64,000 nt of DNA from an uncultured Spirochaetota bacterium. Lineage in GTDB: Bacteria; Spirochaetota; Spirochaetia; SZUA-6; Fen-1364. The stretch is taken from positions 128,001 through 192,000 of the forward strand of contig CAVUXE010000029.1 in NCBI GenBank assembly GCA_963745235.1, given 5' to 3'. Of the stretch, positions 48,516 through 58,076 are shown one piece after another. The translations under genes were made by a program, and so were the position numbers. Below the pieces are notes generated by a model. That model saw only the letters and a program-made list of their open reading frames with translations, did no database searches and was not told where the DNA came from. The first letter of the stretch is position 1; each line of letters begins with the position of its first letter.

Positions 48516-49794
48516 ATGGCCGAGCACGCACGCACGGAGGCGGGCGACGCTCCACTCCCTCTGGAAAGCCACGTTCCTCGTGTCCCTTCCCTTCGGCGTG
48601 CTTTCCTTTGCCCTGCCGATCTACGGCAGAATGCTCAAGGCATCGGCATTCGAGATCGGGGCGCTCTTCTCCGCGGCGGCTTTCTTCCCGGTCATCGTGC
48701 GGCCATTCCTGGGGCGTTTCCTGGACCGGCACGGCCGCCGGCCTTTCCTCCTGGCCGGCCTGGCCGCCTATGCAGTTTCCATGGCGCTGCTCTGCGCGGC
48801 AAAGACGGTCCTCGTGCTCGGCATCGGCCGCTTTGTCCAGGGCATGGGCCAGGCCCTTCTCTGGATGTCCGCGTATGCCATCGTGGCGGACCTCTCCCGG
48901 GCGGACGGACGGGGCAGGGGCTTCGGCGCCATTGATGAGGCCACGAACAGGGGCGCCCTTTTCGGCGTCCTGCCGGGTCTCCTGGCCATGGTCCTCATGC
49001 AGTTTGCGGGCCTCTCCTGGCAGCTCGCCTGGCCGGTCCTGTTCGGCGGGTACGCGCTTGCCGCCTGCTGCGGCCTTCTCCTCGGGACGAGGCGCATCGG
49101 GGAAACGCGACCCGCGGCGGGGCGAAGGATCACCTCGCGCCCCCTCTCCTTGCAGATTGCGGCGCTCATGGGGATCGTGTTCATCACCGGGGCTTCCACC
49201 GCCATGGTCTGGCCCATCATCGTGATTTTTCTCCAGGATAAGCTGGGAGCAAGCGCCATAACACTCGCTCTCGCCTACCTTCCGGCCGCGCTCGTCTCGA
49301 GCTTTCTTCCCTCGCGGCTGGGGAGGATCACGGACCGCTTCGGCCGCAGGCCGGTGATGGCCGTTGGCCTCGCCATCGGCGCCGTCGCCTCCGCCCTGAT
49401 TCCGCAGCTTTCAAGCCTCATCCTGCTCGCGCTGTTGTGGGGAGTGGATTCCCTGGGTTACACGGCCTCGTTTCCCGCCGAGCGCGCGTTTGTTGCCGAC
49501 ATTGCCGGAAGCGACGCGCGGGGCACGAGCTACGGCCTGTATACGTTTGCCTACTTCCTGGGGACTGCCATTGGCCCGCTCGCGGGCGGCTGGCTCTATG
49601 ACGCTCTCGGAAGGGCTTCGCCCTTCTACGCGAACAGCGTGATGCTTCTGGCCGCCGCTGTCCTGGTCATGACCCTGCTTCGGGAGCCTGCGCCAGGCAT
49701 CGTGAAAGAGCCTGGACTGCCTCCTCGACTGCCTGGGCCACTTCAGGAGTCAGCCCGGCGTCGAATTCCAGGGACCGGGGCTGGATCCCCATGA
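48516..49794 (+). CDS. MFS transporter
   Basis: Motif A twice (GRFLDRHGRR, GRITDRFGRR), 12 TM. Likely ATG 48516 with an early frameshift into ORF 48580. Confidence 0.85.
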
Positions 49795-50194
49795 TGGAGA
49801 CCGCGCAGCCAGTCTCATGCGCCAGGTAGCCTGCCAGGACGCTCAGGGGGAGAGCGTGCGTGCCGAAGGACATCCCGCCGATCTCCTTCGGATCGACCAG
49901 TCGGATTGTCCCCGGTTCTTCTCCCATGTCCGCGGTGTCGACAATGATCAGGTGGGAAGGGGAAAGCTGCCTGATTTCCCCGGTGAGATTCTCCGGCGCC
50001 GTGCCGCCGGCAAGCGCGCGCACATCCGGGAAATGGAGAGACTCGATGCGCTCGGCGATAAGGACGCCTGCCGCATCATCCCCGCGGAGCTCCGCGCCGA
50101 CGCCCAGAAGGACGACCCGTCGCTTCCGCCCCTGCCCGGGACGCCTTTCGCTAAGGGCTCTCGTCAGGGCAGGCGCCAGCTGCGGGTTCCGCAT
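49667..50194 (-). CDS. hycI: Hydrogenase maturation endopeptidase
   Basis: GAELRGDDAAG, GTAPEN, IVDTAD, THALPL. Confidence 0.85.
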   Translation of the reverse strand: MRNPQLAPALTRALSERRPGQGRKRRVVLLGVGAELRGDDAAGVLIAERIESLHFPDVRALAGGTAPENLTGEIRQLSPSHLIIVDTADMGEEPGTIRLVDPKEIGGMSFGTHALPLSVLAGYLAHETGCAVSIMGIQPRSLEFDAGLTPEVAQAVEEAVQALSRCLAQAPEAGS

Positions 50195-50555
50195 GGAAGG
50201 TGACTTTCAGCGTTCCTCGGTCAGTCTGCGCGAGCTCGAAATCAGTCGAGATCTCGATCACCTTGCGGGGGCAGGTTTCGGCGCACTGCGCGCAGTACAC
50301 GCATTTCCCCAGGTCTATGGAGGCCTCGAACTTGCGGTCCCCGACCTTCGTGATGGTGATTGCCTGCGACGGGCAGTCCCTGATGCAGAGGCGGCAGCCC
50401 GTGCACTTGGAGGAATCAAACTTCGGCGCGCCGCGGAAATGGTCCGGCATCCTGAAGCTGGCGTACGGGTACTTGATGGTTGCGGGCTTCTTGAACAGGG
50501 AGCCGAGAACGGAAAAGATCATCCTCCCCGGCCGCCAGGGATGTTTATCGCTCAT
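50151..50555 (-). CDS. 2x[4Fe-4S] subunit (NuoI/HycF-like)
   Basis: KPATIKYP, CTGCRLCIRDCP, CVYCAQCAETCP. Confidence 0.88.
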   Translation of the reverse strand: MSDKHPWRPGRMIFSVLGSLFKKPATIKYPYASFRMPDHFRGAPKFDSSKCTGCRLCIRDCPSQAITITKVGDRKFEASIDLGKCVYCAQCAETCPRKVIEISTDFELAQTDRGTLKVTFHAEPAAGACPDESP

Positions 50556-50557
50556 GG

Positions 50558-51499
50558 CTATAACAGCTCCTTCACGACAAGGTCAACGAGGACCTGCAGG
50601 AATGCAATGGGTGCGACGACCTTCCAGCAGAAATTGATCATCTGGTCCAGCCTCAGCCGCGCGAAAACCGTGCGCAGGAGAGCAAGAACGGCAAGGATTG
50701 CCAGGATCTTCGCAAGGTACACGAGAAATGCGAGCCAGGGCGCCAGCCCGAAACCGAAGGGCAGAAAGACGGCCGCCACAAGGGACGCTGAAACGATGGC
50801 CTCGGTGTCGATGGCCAATCGGAAGAACGCGAGAAACCGGCCCGAGTATTCCGTGAACGTGCCGGCAACGATCTCCGTCTCCGCCTCGGGGATGTCGAAA
50901 GGAACCTTCTCCAGCTTCCCAAGGAGAGTGACCATGGCAACGGCAAGGCCGATGAGGTTGAACAGCCATCGCCCGGGATGCGACGTGTAGTACTGCACCA
51001 TGCCGGAGATGGACCAGGTGTTGGCCAGCAGGGCGGGGGAGATCACCGCTATCAGGAGCGGGATCTCGTAGGCGAACAGCTGCGTGATTGACCGCACTGC
51101 CCCGAGGGTCGAGAAGATCGAACGAGAGTACCAGCCACCCAGGAAGAAGGTGAGCGTCGGAATGAGAAGCAGGTACAACACCACCAGAAGGTCCCCTTCG
51201 AATGCAAGCAGGGGTTTTGCGTTCCACAGGGGAATGTAGAAAGAAGATGCGATGACCGCCCCCAGGGCGAACACGGGGGCCAGGGTGAACATCCGCTTGT
51301 CCGCTTCCTCCGGGATCACGGATTCTTTTCCCAGCAGCTTGAAGAAATCCGCGACGGGCTGGAACCAGGGGGGGCCGACCCGGTTCTGCAGCCGGGCGTA
51401 CAGCTTCCTGTCCACGAACTGCCCGGCCAGGCCCAGGATGATCAGAAAGAAAAACCCGGGGAAAATAAGCATCTGAAAGAGAGCCGCTGCAGCTGTCAT
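50558..51499 (-). CDS. NuoH/HycD-like membrane subunit
   Basis: DRKLYARLQNRVGPP, PFDIPEAETEIVAG, EYSG. Confidence 0.9.
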   Translation of the reverse strand: MTAAAALFQMLIFPGFFFLIILGLAGQFVDRKLYARLQNRVGPPWFQPVADFFKLLGKESVIPEEADKRMFTLAPVFALGAVIASSFYIPLWNAKPLLAFEGDLLVVLYLLLIPTLTFFLGGWYSRSIFSTLGAVRSITQLFAYEIPLLIAVISPALLANTWSISGMVQYYTSHPGRWLFNLIGLAVAMVTLLGKLEKVPFDIPEAETEIVAGTFTEYSGRFLAFFRLAIDTEAIVSASLVAAVFLPFGFGLAPWLAFLVYLAKILAILAVLALLRTVFARLRLDQMINFCWKVVAPIAFLQVLVDLVVKELL

Positions 51500-52728
51500 G
51501 CCGCGGAACCTCCCCGAAGGGTGATCCGTGAAGGATCGATTCCTTTGCGCCGGTAGAAATCCACCCCGTAGCGCGAAAGCTCCTCCCAGCTCATGACCCG
51601 CCGAGGCCCGCTGCCGTGATCGTTGATGCCGATCATGCGGTCCGTGCAGGAGAAGCACGGGTCAATGGCGGCAATGACGATGGGAAGGTCAGCAAGGTAG
51701 CCGTCTTCCAGCATTTTTGCCACCGCCTGCGTGTTGGCCAGCGTCGGTGCCCTCACTTTTACGCGTTCGGGCTTCTCGGTTCCGTTCGCGCGCACGTAGT
51801 GAACGTCCTCTCCTCGCGGGGCCTCGTAGCGGCTCACGGCCTCCCCCTCGGGAATCCTTCGAGGCGCCTTTACGAGAATCGGTCCGTCCGGGATGTTCTT
51901 CACGAGCTGACGGATGATGGAATACGCCTCCATCAGCTCCCCAAGGCGGACCACTGTCCTGCCGTACACGTCGCAGTGGTTGTCCGTGACGACCTTGAAT
52001 GACACGTCCCTGTACGCGCCATAGGGATCATCACGCCGGGTGTCGCGGTCCACCCCCGAAGCGCGCGCCGTGGGACCAACGGCTCCCAGGGCCAGCGCGT
52101 CTTCCTTCGACAGCTTCCCGACGTTGGCAAGCCGCTGACGCAGCGTCTCCTCTGTCTGGGCAAGCTCGATGTAGTACTTCGTGCGCTCCTCCAGGGAGTC
52201 GACGACCTTGAGAATGCTGGGCAGCTGCTCCGAGGTGATGTCACGGCGCACCCCCCCCAGCGTGTTGAGACCGTAGTTGACGCGGTTTCCCGTGAGCTGG
52301 GCAAGGAGGATCATCACCAGTTCCCTGTCCCGCCACGTGTACATGAGGAGAGTGTCGAACCCTATCTCGTGACCGGCCACGCCGAGCCACAAGAGGTGGC
52401 TGTGGACCCGCTCGAGCTCCGCGACGAGGGTCCTGATGTACAGCGCGCGCCGCGGGACTTCGAGCCCGGCAATCTCCTCCACCGCCTGCACGAAGGCCGT
52501 GGAGTGCGAGTACGAGCAGATCCCGCAGATGCGCTCCACCAGGTAGAGGTCCTGGGTGTACGAGCGCTGCTCGCATCCCTTCTCGATTCCGCGGTGGTTG
52601 TAGCCGAATCGCATGCGCACCGCGTCGATCTTCTCCCCGCGGAGGTCAATCATGAAGCTCTCCGGCTCCTTCAGGGCGGGGTGCTGGGGCCCGACCGGGA
52701 TCTGGACGATATGCTCGATGTCGCTCAT
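51496..52728 (-). CDS. Group 4 [NiFe]-hydrogenase large subunit
   Basis: GPQHP, L1 ERICGICSYSH, EAPRGE, L2 DPCFSCTDR plus a C-terminal extension. Confidence 0.92.
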   Translation of the reverse strand: MSDIEHIVQIPVGPQHPALKEPESFMIDLRGEKIDAVRMRFGYNHRGIEKGCEQRSYTQDLYLVERICGICSYSHSTAFVQAVEEIAGLEVPRRALYIRTLVAELERVHSHLLWLGVAGHEIGFDTLLMYTWRDRELVMILLAQLTGNRVNYGLNTLGGVRRDITSEQLPSILKVVDSLEERTKYYIELAQTEETLRQRLANVGKLSKEDALALGAVGPTARASGVDRDTRRDDPYGAYRDVSFKVVTDNHCDVYGRTVVRLGELMEAYSIIRQLVKNIPDGPILVKAPRRIPEGEAVSRYEAPRGEDVHYVRANGTEKPERVKVRAPTLANTQAVAKMLEDGYLADLPIVIAAIDPCFSCTDRMIGINDHGSGPRRVMSWEELSRYGVDFYRRKGIDPSRITLRGGSAA

Positions 52729-53234
52729 GTCTTTGTTTCTCCCTGGGGTGCCGGTGCGGCAGCATCGGGTGCGGCCGCTGCCGCCGGAGCACCAGCCGGC
52801 TTCCAGTCTTTCAGAAGGGGATGCTGGTCCGTGGGCCATTCGTCGGGCAGCGGGTAGCGGGGCCCCGGCGGCAGGCCTTCCACGCGCGCCCCGAGAAGAT
52901 CTTCCAGCTCCCGCTCGTAGATCGAGGCTCCCGTGAAGAATGGCGTTACCGTCCTGATGGACCGGCCCTTGGGGCAGCGGGTCTTCAGGTTCACCATGAC
53001 CCCGCCGTCCTTGGCGAGATGATATATGAACTCCAGGTCCGCGCCCACGTCCAGACCCGTGATCGTGCAAAGAGTGGAGAATCCCATGGTCTTCACGAGG
53101 TGCTCGAAGACCTGGGGGAAGCTCTCCTGCGGCACGTCGACCCACACCCGCCTCTCCCGCTGGATTCTCACGGACGCGGCCAACTGGGGGAACGTCGCCT
53201 CCAGACCCGCTTTTACCGCCTCGGTTTCACTCAT
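52725..53234 (-). CDS. NuoC/EchD-like subunit
   Basis: TITGLD, YERELEDLLG, HPLLKDW. Confidence 0.85.
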   Translation of the reverse strand: MSETEAVKAGLEATFPQLAASVRIQRERRVWVDVPQESFPQVFEHLVKTMGFSTLCTITGLDVGADLEFIYHLAKDGGVMVNLKTRCPKGRSIRTVTPFFTGASIYERELEDLLGARVEGLPPGPRYPLPDEWPTDQHPLLKDWKPAGAPAAAAAPDAAAPAPQGETKT

Positions 53235-53668
53235 TTCTGCTCCTCGAGCTTCTTGATCAGCTTGACGAACCCGTCGATGATGGCCTGCGGGCTTGCCGGG
53301 CAGCCGGGGATGTAGGCCGTGACGGGAATGGCCTTGTCAATCCCGCCCTCGACGTTGTACAAGCCCTCGAACACGCCCCCGCTGGTCGCGCAGCTTCCCA
53401 CCGCCACCACGATCTTCGGCTCCGGAACCTGCTCGTAGATTCGAATCAGCCGGGAGCGGATCTGCTTGGTGACCGGGCCCGAGCACGCCATGATGTCGCA
53501 GTGACGCGGGGTGCCCTTGAGCTGGACACCGAGGCGCTCCAGGTCGAAACGCGGCGTCAGCGCTGCGATGATCTCTATATCGCATGCGTTGCATGCCCCC
53601 GTGTTGAAGTGAAGGATCCAGGGAGACTTGCGCTGCGCCCAGCGCACGATTCTATGGAAAACGCTCAT
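53231..53668 (-). CDS. Hydrogenase small subunit (NuoB/HycG-like)
   Basis: GACNACDIE, PRHCD, VGSCATSGG, IPGCP. Confidence 0.92.
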   Translation of the reverse strand: MSVFHRIVRWAQRKSPWILHFNTGACNACDIEIIAALTPRFDLERLGVQLKGTPRHCDIMACSGPVTKQIRSRLIRIYEQVPEPKIVVAVGSCATSGGVFEGLYNVEGGIDKAIPVTAYIPGCPASPQAIIDGFVKLIKKLEEQK

Positions 53669-53674
53669 AGGGCG

Positions 53675-54007
53675 CTACCTCCGAAACAGCATGAACAACC
53701 CGAGCAAGGCGCCCAGGACGTAGATTGCCGCAATGGACAGGCTCTCCAGCGTCCGGGCCGGCGATGTGGCTACGATCAGCGTAACCACGTGCATGATTGT
53801 AAAAAAGAATGCAAACGGGAAGAACTGGCCGTAGTCGGGCTGGAACCTGTGCTTCTGCACATCCTCTCCGCCGGCGTACGGCTTGTCAAGCGCCCCTCGC
53901 GGGCCCTTGCGCTTCAGGGACAGCGTGCCCGAGGCCGTGGAGAGCGCCCACACGACGATGAGGATGATGGTGAAGGCAACCGGGGGGACGAGGAGCAGGA
54001 TTGACAT
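53675..54007 (-). CDS. NuoA-like membrane subunit
   Basis: 3 TM; loop KPYAGGE resembles NuoA PYECG; FFPFAFFF. Confidence 0.6.
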   Translation of the reverse strand: MSILLLVPPVAFTIILIVVWALSTASGTLSLKRKGPRGALDKPYAGGEDVQKHRFQPDYGQFFPFAFFFTIMHVVTLIVATSPARTLESLSIAAIYVLGALLGLFMLFRR

Positions 54008-54011
54008 CTCG

Positions 54012-54332
54012 CTACCCCTTGAGGTTCCGGGTGTTGCGCACGTTCATGGAGTCGTGCGCCCGGAAGAAGCCCAGGATGATCCCGGCGGCAACCACCACCA
54101 CCACCACCTCGATCACGATCACGGTTATCACCATGGCCTGCGCCAGGGCCAGGCGGTGGCCCAGGTACCCGGCCACGATCAGGAAGAAGGTCACGGACTT
54201 CATCAGGATCTCCAGGCCGATCAGCATCCGCAGGAGGTTGTACGTCGCCAGCATGCACCACGCGCCGTCCACCAGGAGCAGGACGAAGAAGGCGAAGTAC
54301 AGCCAGAAAGACTGGGGGATGTCAATTGTCAT
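54012..54332 (-). CDS. NuoK/MrpC-like subunit
   Basis: NLLRMLIGLEILM, VIVIEVVV, RNLKG terminus. Confidence 0.8.
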   Translation of the reverse strand: MTIDIPQSFWLYFAFFVLLLVDGAWCMLATYNLLRMLIGLEILMKSVTFFLIVAGYLGHRLALAQAMVITVIVIEVVVVVVAAGIILGFFRAHDSMNVRNTRNLKG

Positions 54333-54816
54333 CTTTGCTTTCCCTCTTGAATAATACCAGAACGCCGATGACGCCGGCGAGGAGGATGAGGATCTGGCCG
54401 AACAGGTCCAGCTGGCGCAGGTTCCACAGAACGACGCGGACGTCTCCTTCGGCGCCCGGCACCGGGAGGGCAACCTGCACGGGCGAGTGGACGAACGAAA
54501 GCGCCACGCCCGCCGCAACGAGGACCAGGGGCAGGGGCCAGAACCGGGTGAGCCGGCTTGCGCGCCGCACCACGTAGTCCTTGAAGGGCTTCCTCTGCGT
54601 GAGGCTGATGACGCTGACGAAGACCACGGAGATCAGCCCCGCGCACACGGAAAGCTCCAGCACGGCGGCAATGGTCGCCCCGAGGGTATACATGACCACC
54701 GCCAGCATTGCGCTTGCCAGCGCAAGGGCAATGGTGGCGCGCAGAAGAAGCGTCGTCATGGATGCCCAGAGCCCCGCGAGCACCAGGAGAACGAGAAGGA
54801 TCGTCATGAGGGTCAT
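54322..54816 (-). CDS. NuoJ/MnhB-like subunit
   Basis: AAVLELSVCAGL, LWNLRQLDLFGQ. Confidence 0.65.
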   Translation of the reverse strand: MTLMTILLVLLVLAGLWASMTTLLLRATIALALASAMLAVVMYTLGATIAAVLELSVCAGLISVVFVSVISLTQRKPFKDYVVRRASRLTRFWPLPLVLVAAGVALSFVHSPVQVALPVPGAEGDVRVVLWNLRQLDLFGQILILLAGVIGVLVLFKRESKDDN

Positions 54817-56226
54817 TGGCCGCCTCCGAGCAGCATCGACAGAACGAAGGGGAACCCGAGCCCGATGGCCACGGTGATCAGGGAGAGCGCCAGCGCGGGC
54901 ACCAGGAGCCTGCCGCCTGCCTCTTTCACGGAAGCCCATTCGGGAAGCGGCGTGCCGAAGAACACGCGCCGCTGCAGGGAGAGGAAGTAGCCCAGGGTGA
55001 CGAGGCTCGTGAGGACGGCGATGGCTGCAAACGTGTACTGCCCGACCTGCCAGAGCGCAATCACGATGAGCAGCTTGCTCCAGAACCCGGCCAGCGGCGG
55101 CAGCCCCGCGATGGAAAGGGAGGCGACGGCGGATGTCCCGGCGGTGACAGGCATGCGGGATCCCAGGCCGCCCATGCGGTCCATGGAAACGGTCCCGAGC
55201 TGCTCCTCAATGGCCTCGGCGTTCGCGAAGAGCTGGCTCTTCGAGACCGCGTGGTTGAAGAAGTGCAGCGCCGCGGCCACGATCCCCAGCTGCGGGGAAC
55301 CCCCCAGGGCCAGGACGATGTAGCCGATCTGGCTCACGCTGGAATACGCCAGCATGCGTTTCATGTCGGACTGCGTGAGCGCAAGGAATGCGCCGACAAC
55401 GAGGGTGACCGCCCCCACCACCAGGAAGATCCACCGGGCCGGGCAGCGCATCAGCGAAGACTGACTGGGCCAGCCGCATGAGCGCGAATACTCCCGAGGC
55501 CTTTGTCACGATCCCCGCCATGAAGATCGAGGCGGGGGCGGGGGCCGCGCTGTAGGCGTCCGCCAGCCATCCGTGGAACGGCACGAGGCCGCCCTTGATG
55601 AAGAGGCCGCACAGGAAAAGGGCCGCCGCAATCCACGGTATGGGCCCGGGAGAAGCCAGGGCATGCGTGACGGCGGCGAGGGATACCCCTCCTTCGACCA
55701 GGATGTACAGGGCGATGGAGGAAAGCATGAGGACGCTTGCGACCGCGGAAAGGACCACGTACTTCCATGCCCCCTCGAATGCGTCCGTGCCATGGCGGAT
55801 CGCAACGAGGATGAAGGTCGCAACCGCGGTCACCTCGATGAACACGTACAGGGAGAAAAGGTCCCGCACCATGGAGATCCCGTTGATGCCGATCAGGGCC
55901 ACCAGGACGAGGTTGGCGAAGAGGAACCTCTCGCGTCCCGTCTTCAGACCAGGACCCGCCGCCATGAGGGACGCCATTCCGGCAAGACCCGCGCTCAGGA
56001 GAAGCAGGATGCTGAGGTTGTCCATGGATACGCGCAGGCCGATGGCCGCATCGACCGGATCCAGCGCGGACCAGTCCGTCAGCCCGAGGGGCTGGAGAAC
56101 AACGGCAACTGTCTGCAGGGCAAGCACGCCGAATGCAATCCAGGTTGCCGCGGGACGCGCCGACCGGGGGAGGAGGTTTGCCAGGATGAGGGCGGCGAAT
56201 GGCACAAGAAGGAGAAGGTGACTCAT
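54813..56226 (-). CDS. MrpD/NuoN-like antiporter subunit, frameshift near 55445
   Basis: DLFSLYVFIE, KGGLVPFHGWLADAY, KRMLAYSSVSQIGY, GLPPLAGFWSK. Confidence 0.85.
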
Positions 56227-58076
56227 TTTCCACCCCCAAGGACTGCAAGAACCGCCAGGACCACCGCCACCGCCCCCGCGAGGGACCACAGCACGTACCT
56301 GTTGACGTTGCCGTTGTGGAAGAACCGGCTGATGCGGGATATTCCCAGGGCGGAGCCCACGGCAACGGTCTCATACATCCAGTCAAAAGCCCTGTCGATC
56401 CCCCAGAGCGCGACGGCACCGCCTTTGACGACCCAGCGGCCGATTGTGTAGGGGTCGATCTGCCCTTTCTCAGCTGCCGAGTAGATCGAAGCGAGCACCG
56501 GCGCGTGGTGGATGTGGTCAGCCGCGCCCAGGCCCCGGCCGGTCCTGCGCACGCCGAAAATGTGGTTCAGAACGGCAAGCGCGAGGGCAAGGAGCGTCAT
56601 CCCCACCAGCAGGGCACTGGCGGGGAAGCCGGCAAAGCTTGCGCCGCCGGTGACTTTTTCTCCGACAGCGGGCTGCACCAGCGAGCCAAGGGGCAGCTGG
56701 TTGGCGACGCCGAAGAGCACGCACAGCGCCGCCAGCACGATCATGGGAACGAGCATGGGCCACGGCGCCTCTTTCACGTTCTTCGTCTGCTCGGTGGGCT
56801 TGCCGAAGAATGCGGCGTGTCCCAGCTTGAGGAACGAGGCCGCCGTGAGGACGGAGCCGAGCAGGGCCGCTGCGTAGAAGATCCAGCCGCGCTCCAGGGC
56901 CCCGTCGTAGACGAGCTCCTTGGAGAAGAACCCGTTGAAGGGAGGGACACCGGAAATCGAGGCGGCCGCCACGATGAAGCTGATTGCGGTCACGGGCATG
57001 CGCCGCGCAAGGCCGCCGAGCTTTTCCAGGTCCGTGGTCCCCGCCTGTTTTTCAACCGCTCCTCCCGTGAGGAAGAGGCAGGATTTATACATGGCATGGT
57101 TTACCATGTGGAAAAGGCCGCCCACGATGCCCGCCGGTACCGCCGTCCCGATGCCGAGCACCATGTAGCCGACCTGGCTGATGGCGTGGTAGGAGAGGAG
57201 GCGTTTGTAGTCCTTCTGGACCAGCGCCATCATGACCGCAAACAGGATGGTGACCGCGCCGATGATCATGAGCACCGTGCTGACCCAGGTCCCCGGGGCC
57301 AGCTCGAAGAGATCCAGGGAGATGCGCGCAAGGAGGTAGATCCCCAGCAGCTTGTCGATGCTCGCCGGCAGGATTGCCATGAAGGGGAGGGGCGCGTCTA
57401 TTGCCGCGTCCGGGATCCAGCTGTGAAACGGCATTGCCCCGGCCTTGCCGATGGCGCCCGCCATGAGAAGGAGGAAGGCTGCTCCGCCCAGGCCGTCCAG
57501 GGGAAGCCGTATGGCGGACATCGTGAGTGTGCCTGCCAGCCGGCCCGTGATCATGACGCCGAACATCAAGGCGAGGTCGGAAACCCCCAGGATGATGAAT
57601 GCCTTGATGGCGGTGGCGTACGGCCTGCTGCGGCCGGCGGCGATCATGGCGAACTGGGTCAGCAGGAGTCCCTCGCCGAAGAACAGCAGAAGGACCAGGT
57701 TGTTCGCCAGCACCATCCCGCTCGCCATGGCCAGCGTGAAGAGCACCCAGGCGTGAAACTGGCGGGCGCGGGGCGCGTTCATCATGAAGGCAACTGAATA
57801 GAGGGAAATGAGGATTCCGAAGCCGGCCGTGGCCAGAAGGATGAAAGCGCTCATCCGGGAGAGCACCAGCGAGATTTCCACCCCGTAGCCCAGCCACGGC
57901 AGCGTGAGCGCCATGTCGTTCGGGAAGAGAAGGATGGCCACCATCAGCTCCGCGGCGCTGGCTGCCACCGCGATCAAGCCGGGCAGGACGGCGCGTTCGC
58001 GTGAGGGCAGAATGAGCGCCAGGAGACCGGCAGCCGCGGGGACGAGGATGGGCAGGATCAAGAGGTTCGGATTCAT
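56223..58076 (-). CDS. MrpA/D (NuoL/M)-like antiporter subunit
   Basis: KAGAMPFHSWIPDA, KRLLSYHAISQVGY, GVPPFNGFFSK; C-terminal HNGNVNRY (NuoL-like). Confidence 0.87.
   Translation of the reverse strand: MNPNLLILPILVPAAAGLLALILPSRERAVLPGLIAVAASAAELMVAILLFPNDMALTLPWLGYGVEISLVLSRMSAFILLATAGFGILISLYSVAFMMNAPRARQFHAWVLFTLAMASGMVLANNLVLLLFFGEGLLLTQFAMIAAGRSRPYATAIKAFIILGVSDLALMFGVMITGRLAGTLTMSAIRLPLDGLGGAAFLLLMAGAIGKAGAMPFHSWIPDAAIDAPLPFMAILPASIDKLLGIYLLARISLDLFELAPGTWVSTVLMIIGAVTILFAVMMALVQKDYKRLLSYHAISQVGYMVLGIGTAVPAGIVGGLFHMVNHAMYKSCLFLTGGAVEKQAGTTDLEKLGGLARRMPVTAISFIVAAASISGVPPFNGFFSKELVYDGALERGWIFYAAALLGSVLTAASFLKLGHAAFFGKPTEQTKNVKEAPWPMLVPMIVLAALCVLFGVANQLPLGSLVQPAVGEKVTGGASFAGFPASALLVGMTLLALALAVLNHIFGVRRTGRGLGAADHIHHAPVLASIYSAAEKGQIDPYTIGRWVVKGGAVALWGIDRAFDWMYETVAVGSALGISRISRFFHNGNVNRYVLWSLAGAVAVVLAVLAVLGGGK

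Noticed and set aside
49667-49794. 128-bp convergent overlap of MFS and hycI as antisense regulation
   Set aside because: The low-complexity MFS tail is more simply explained by stop-codon drift or an indel.
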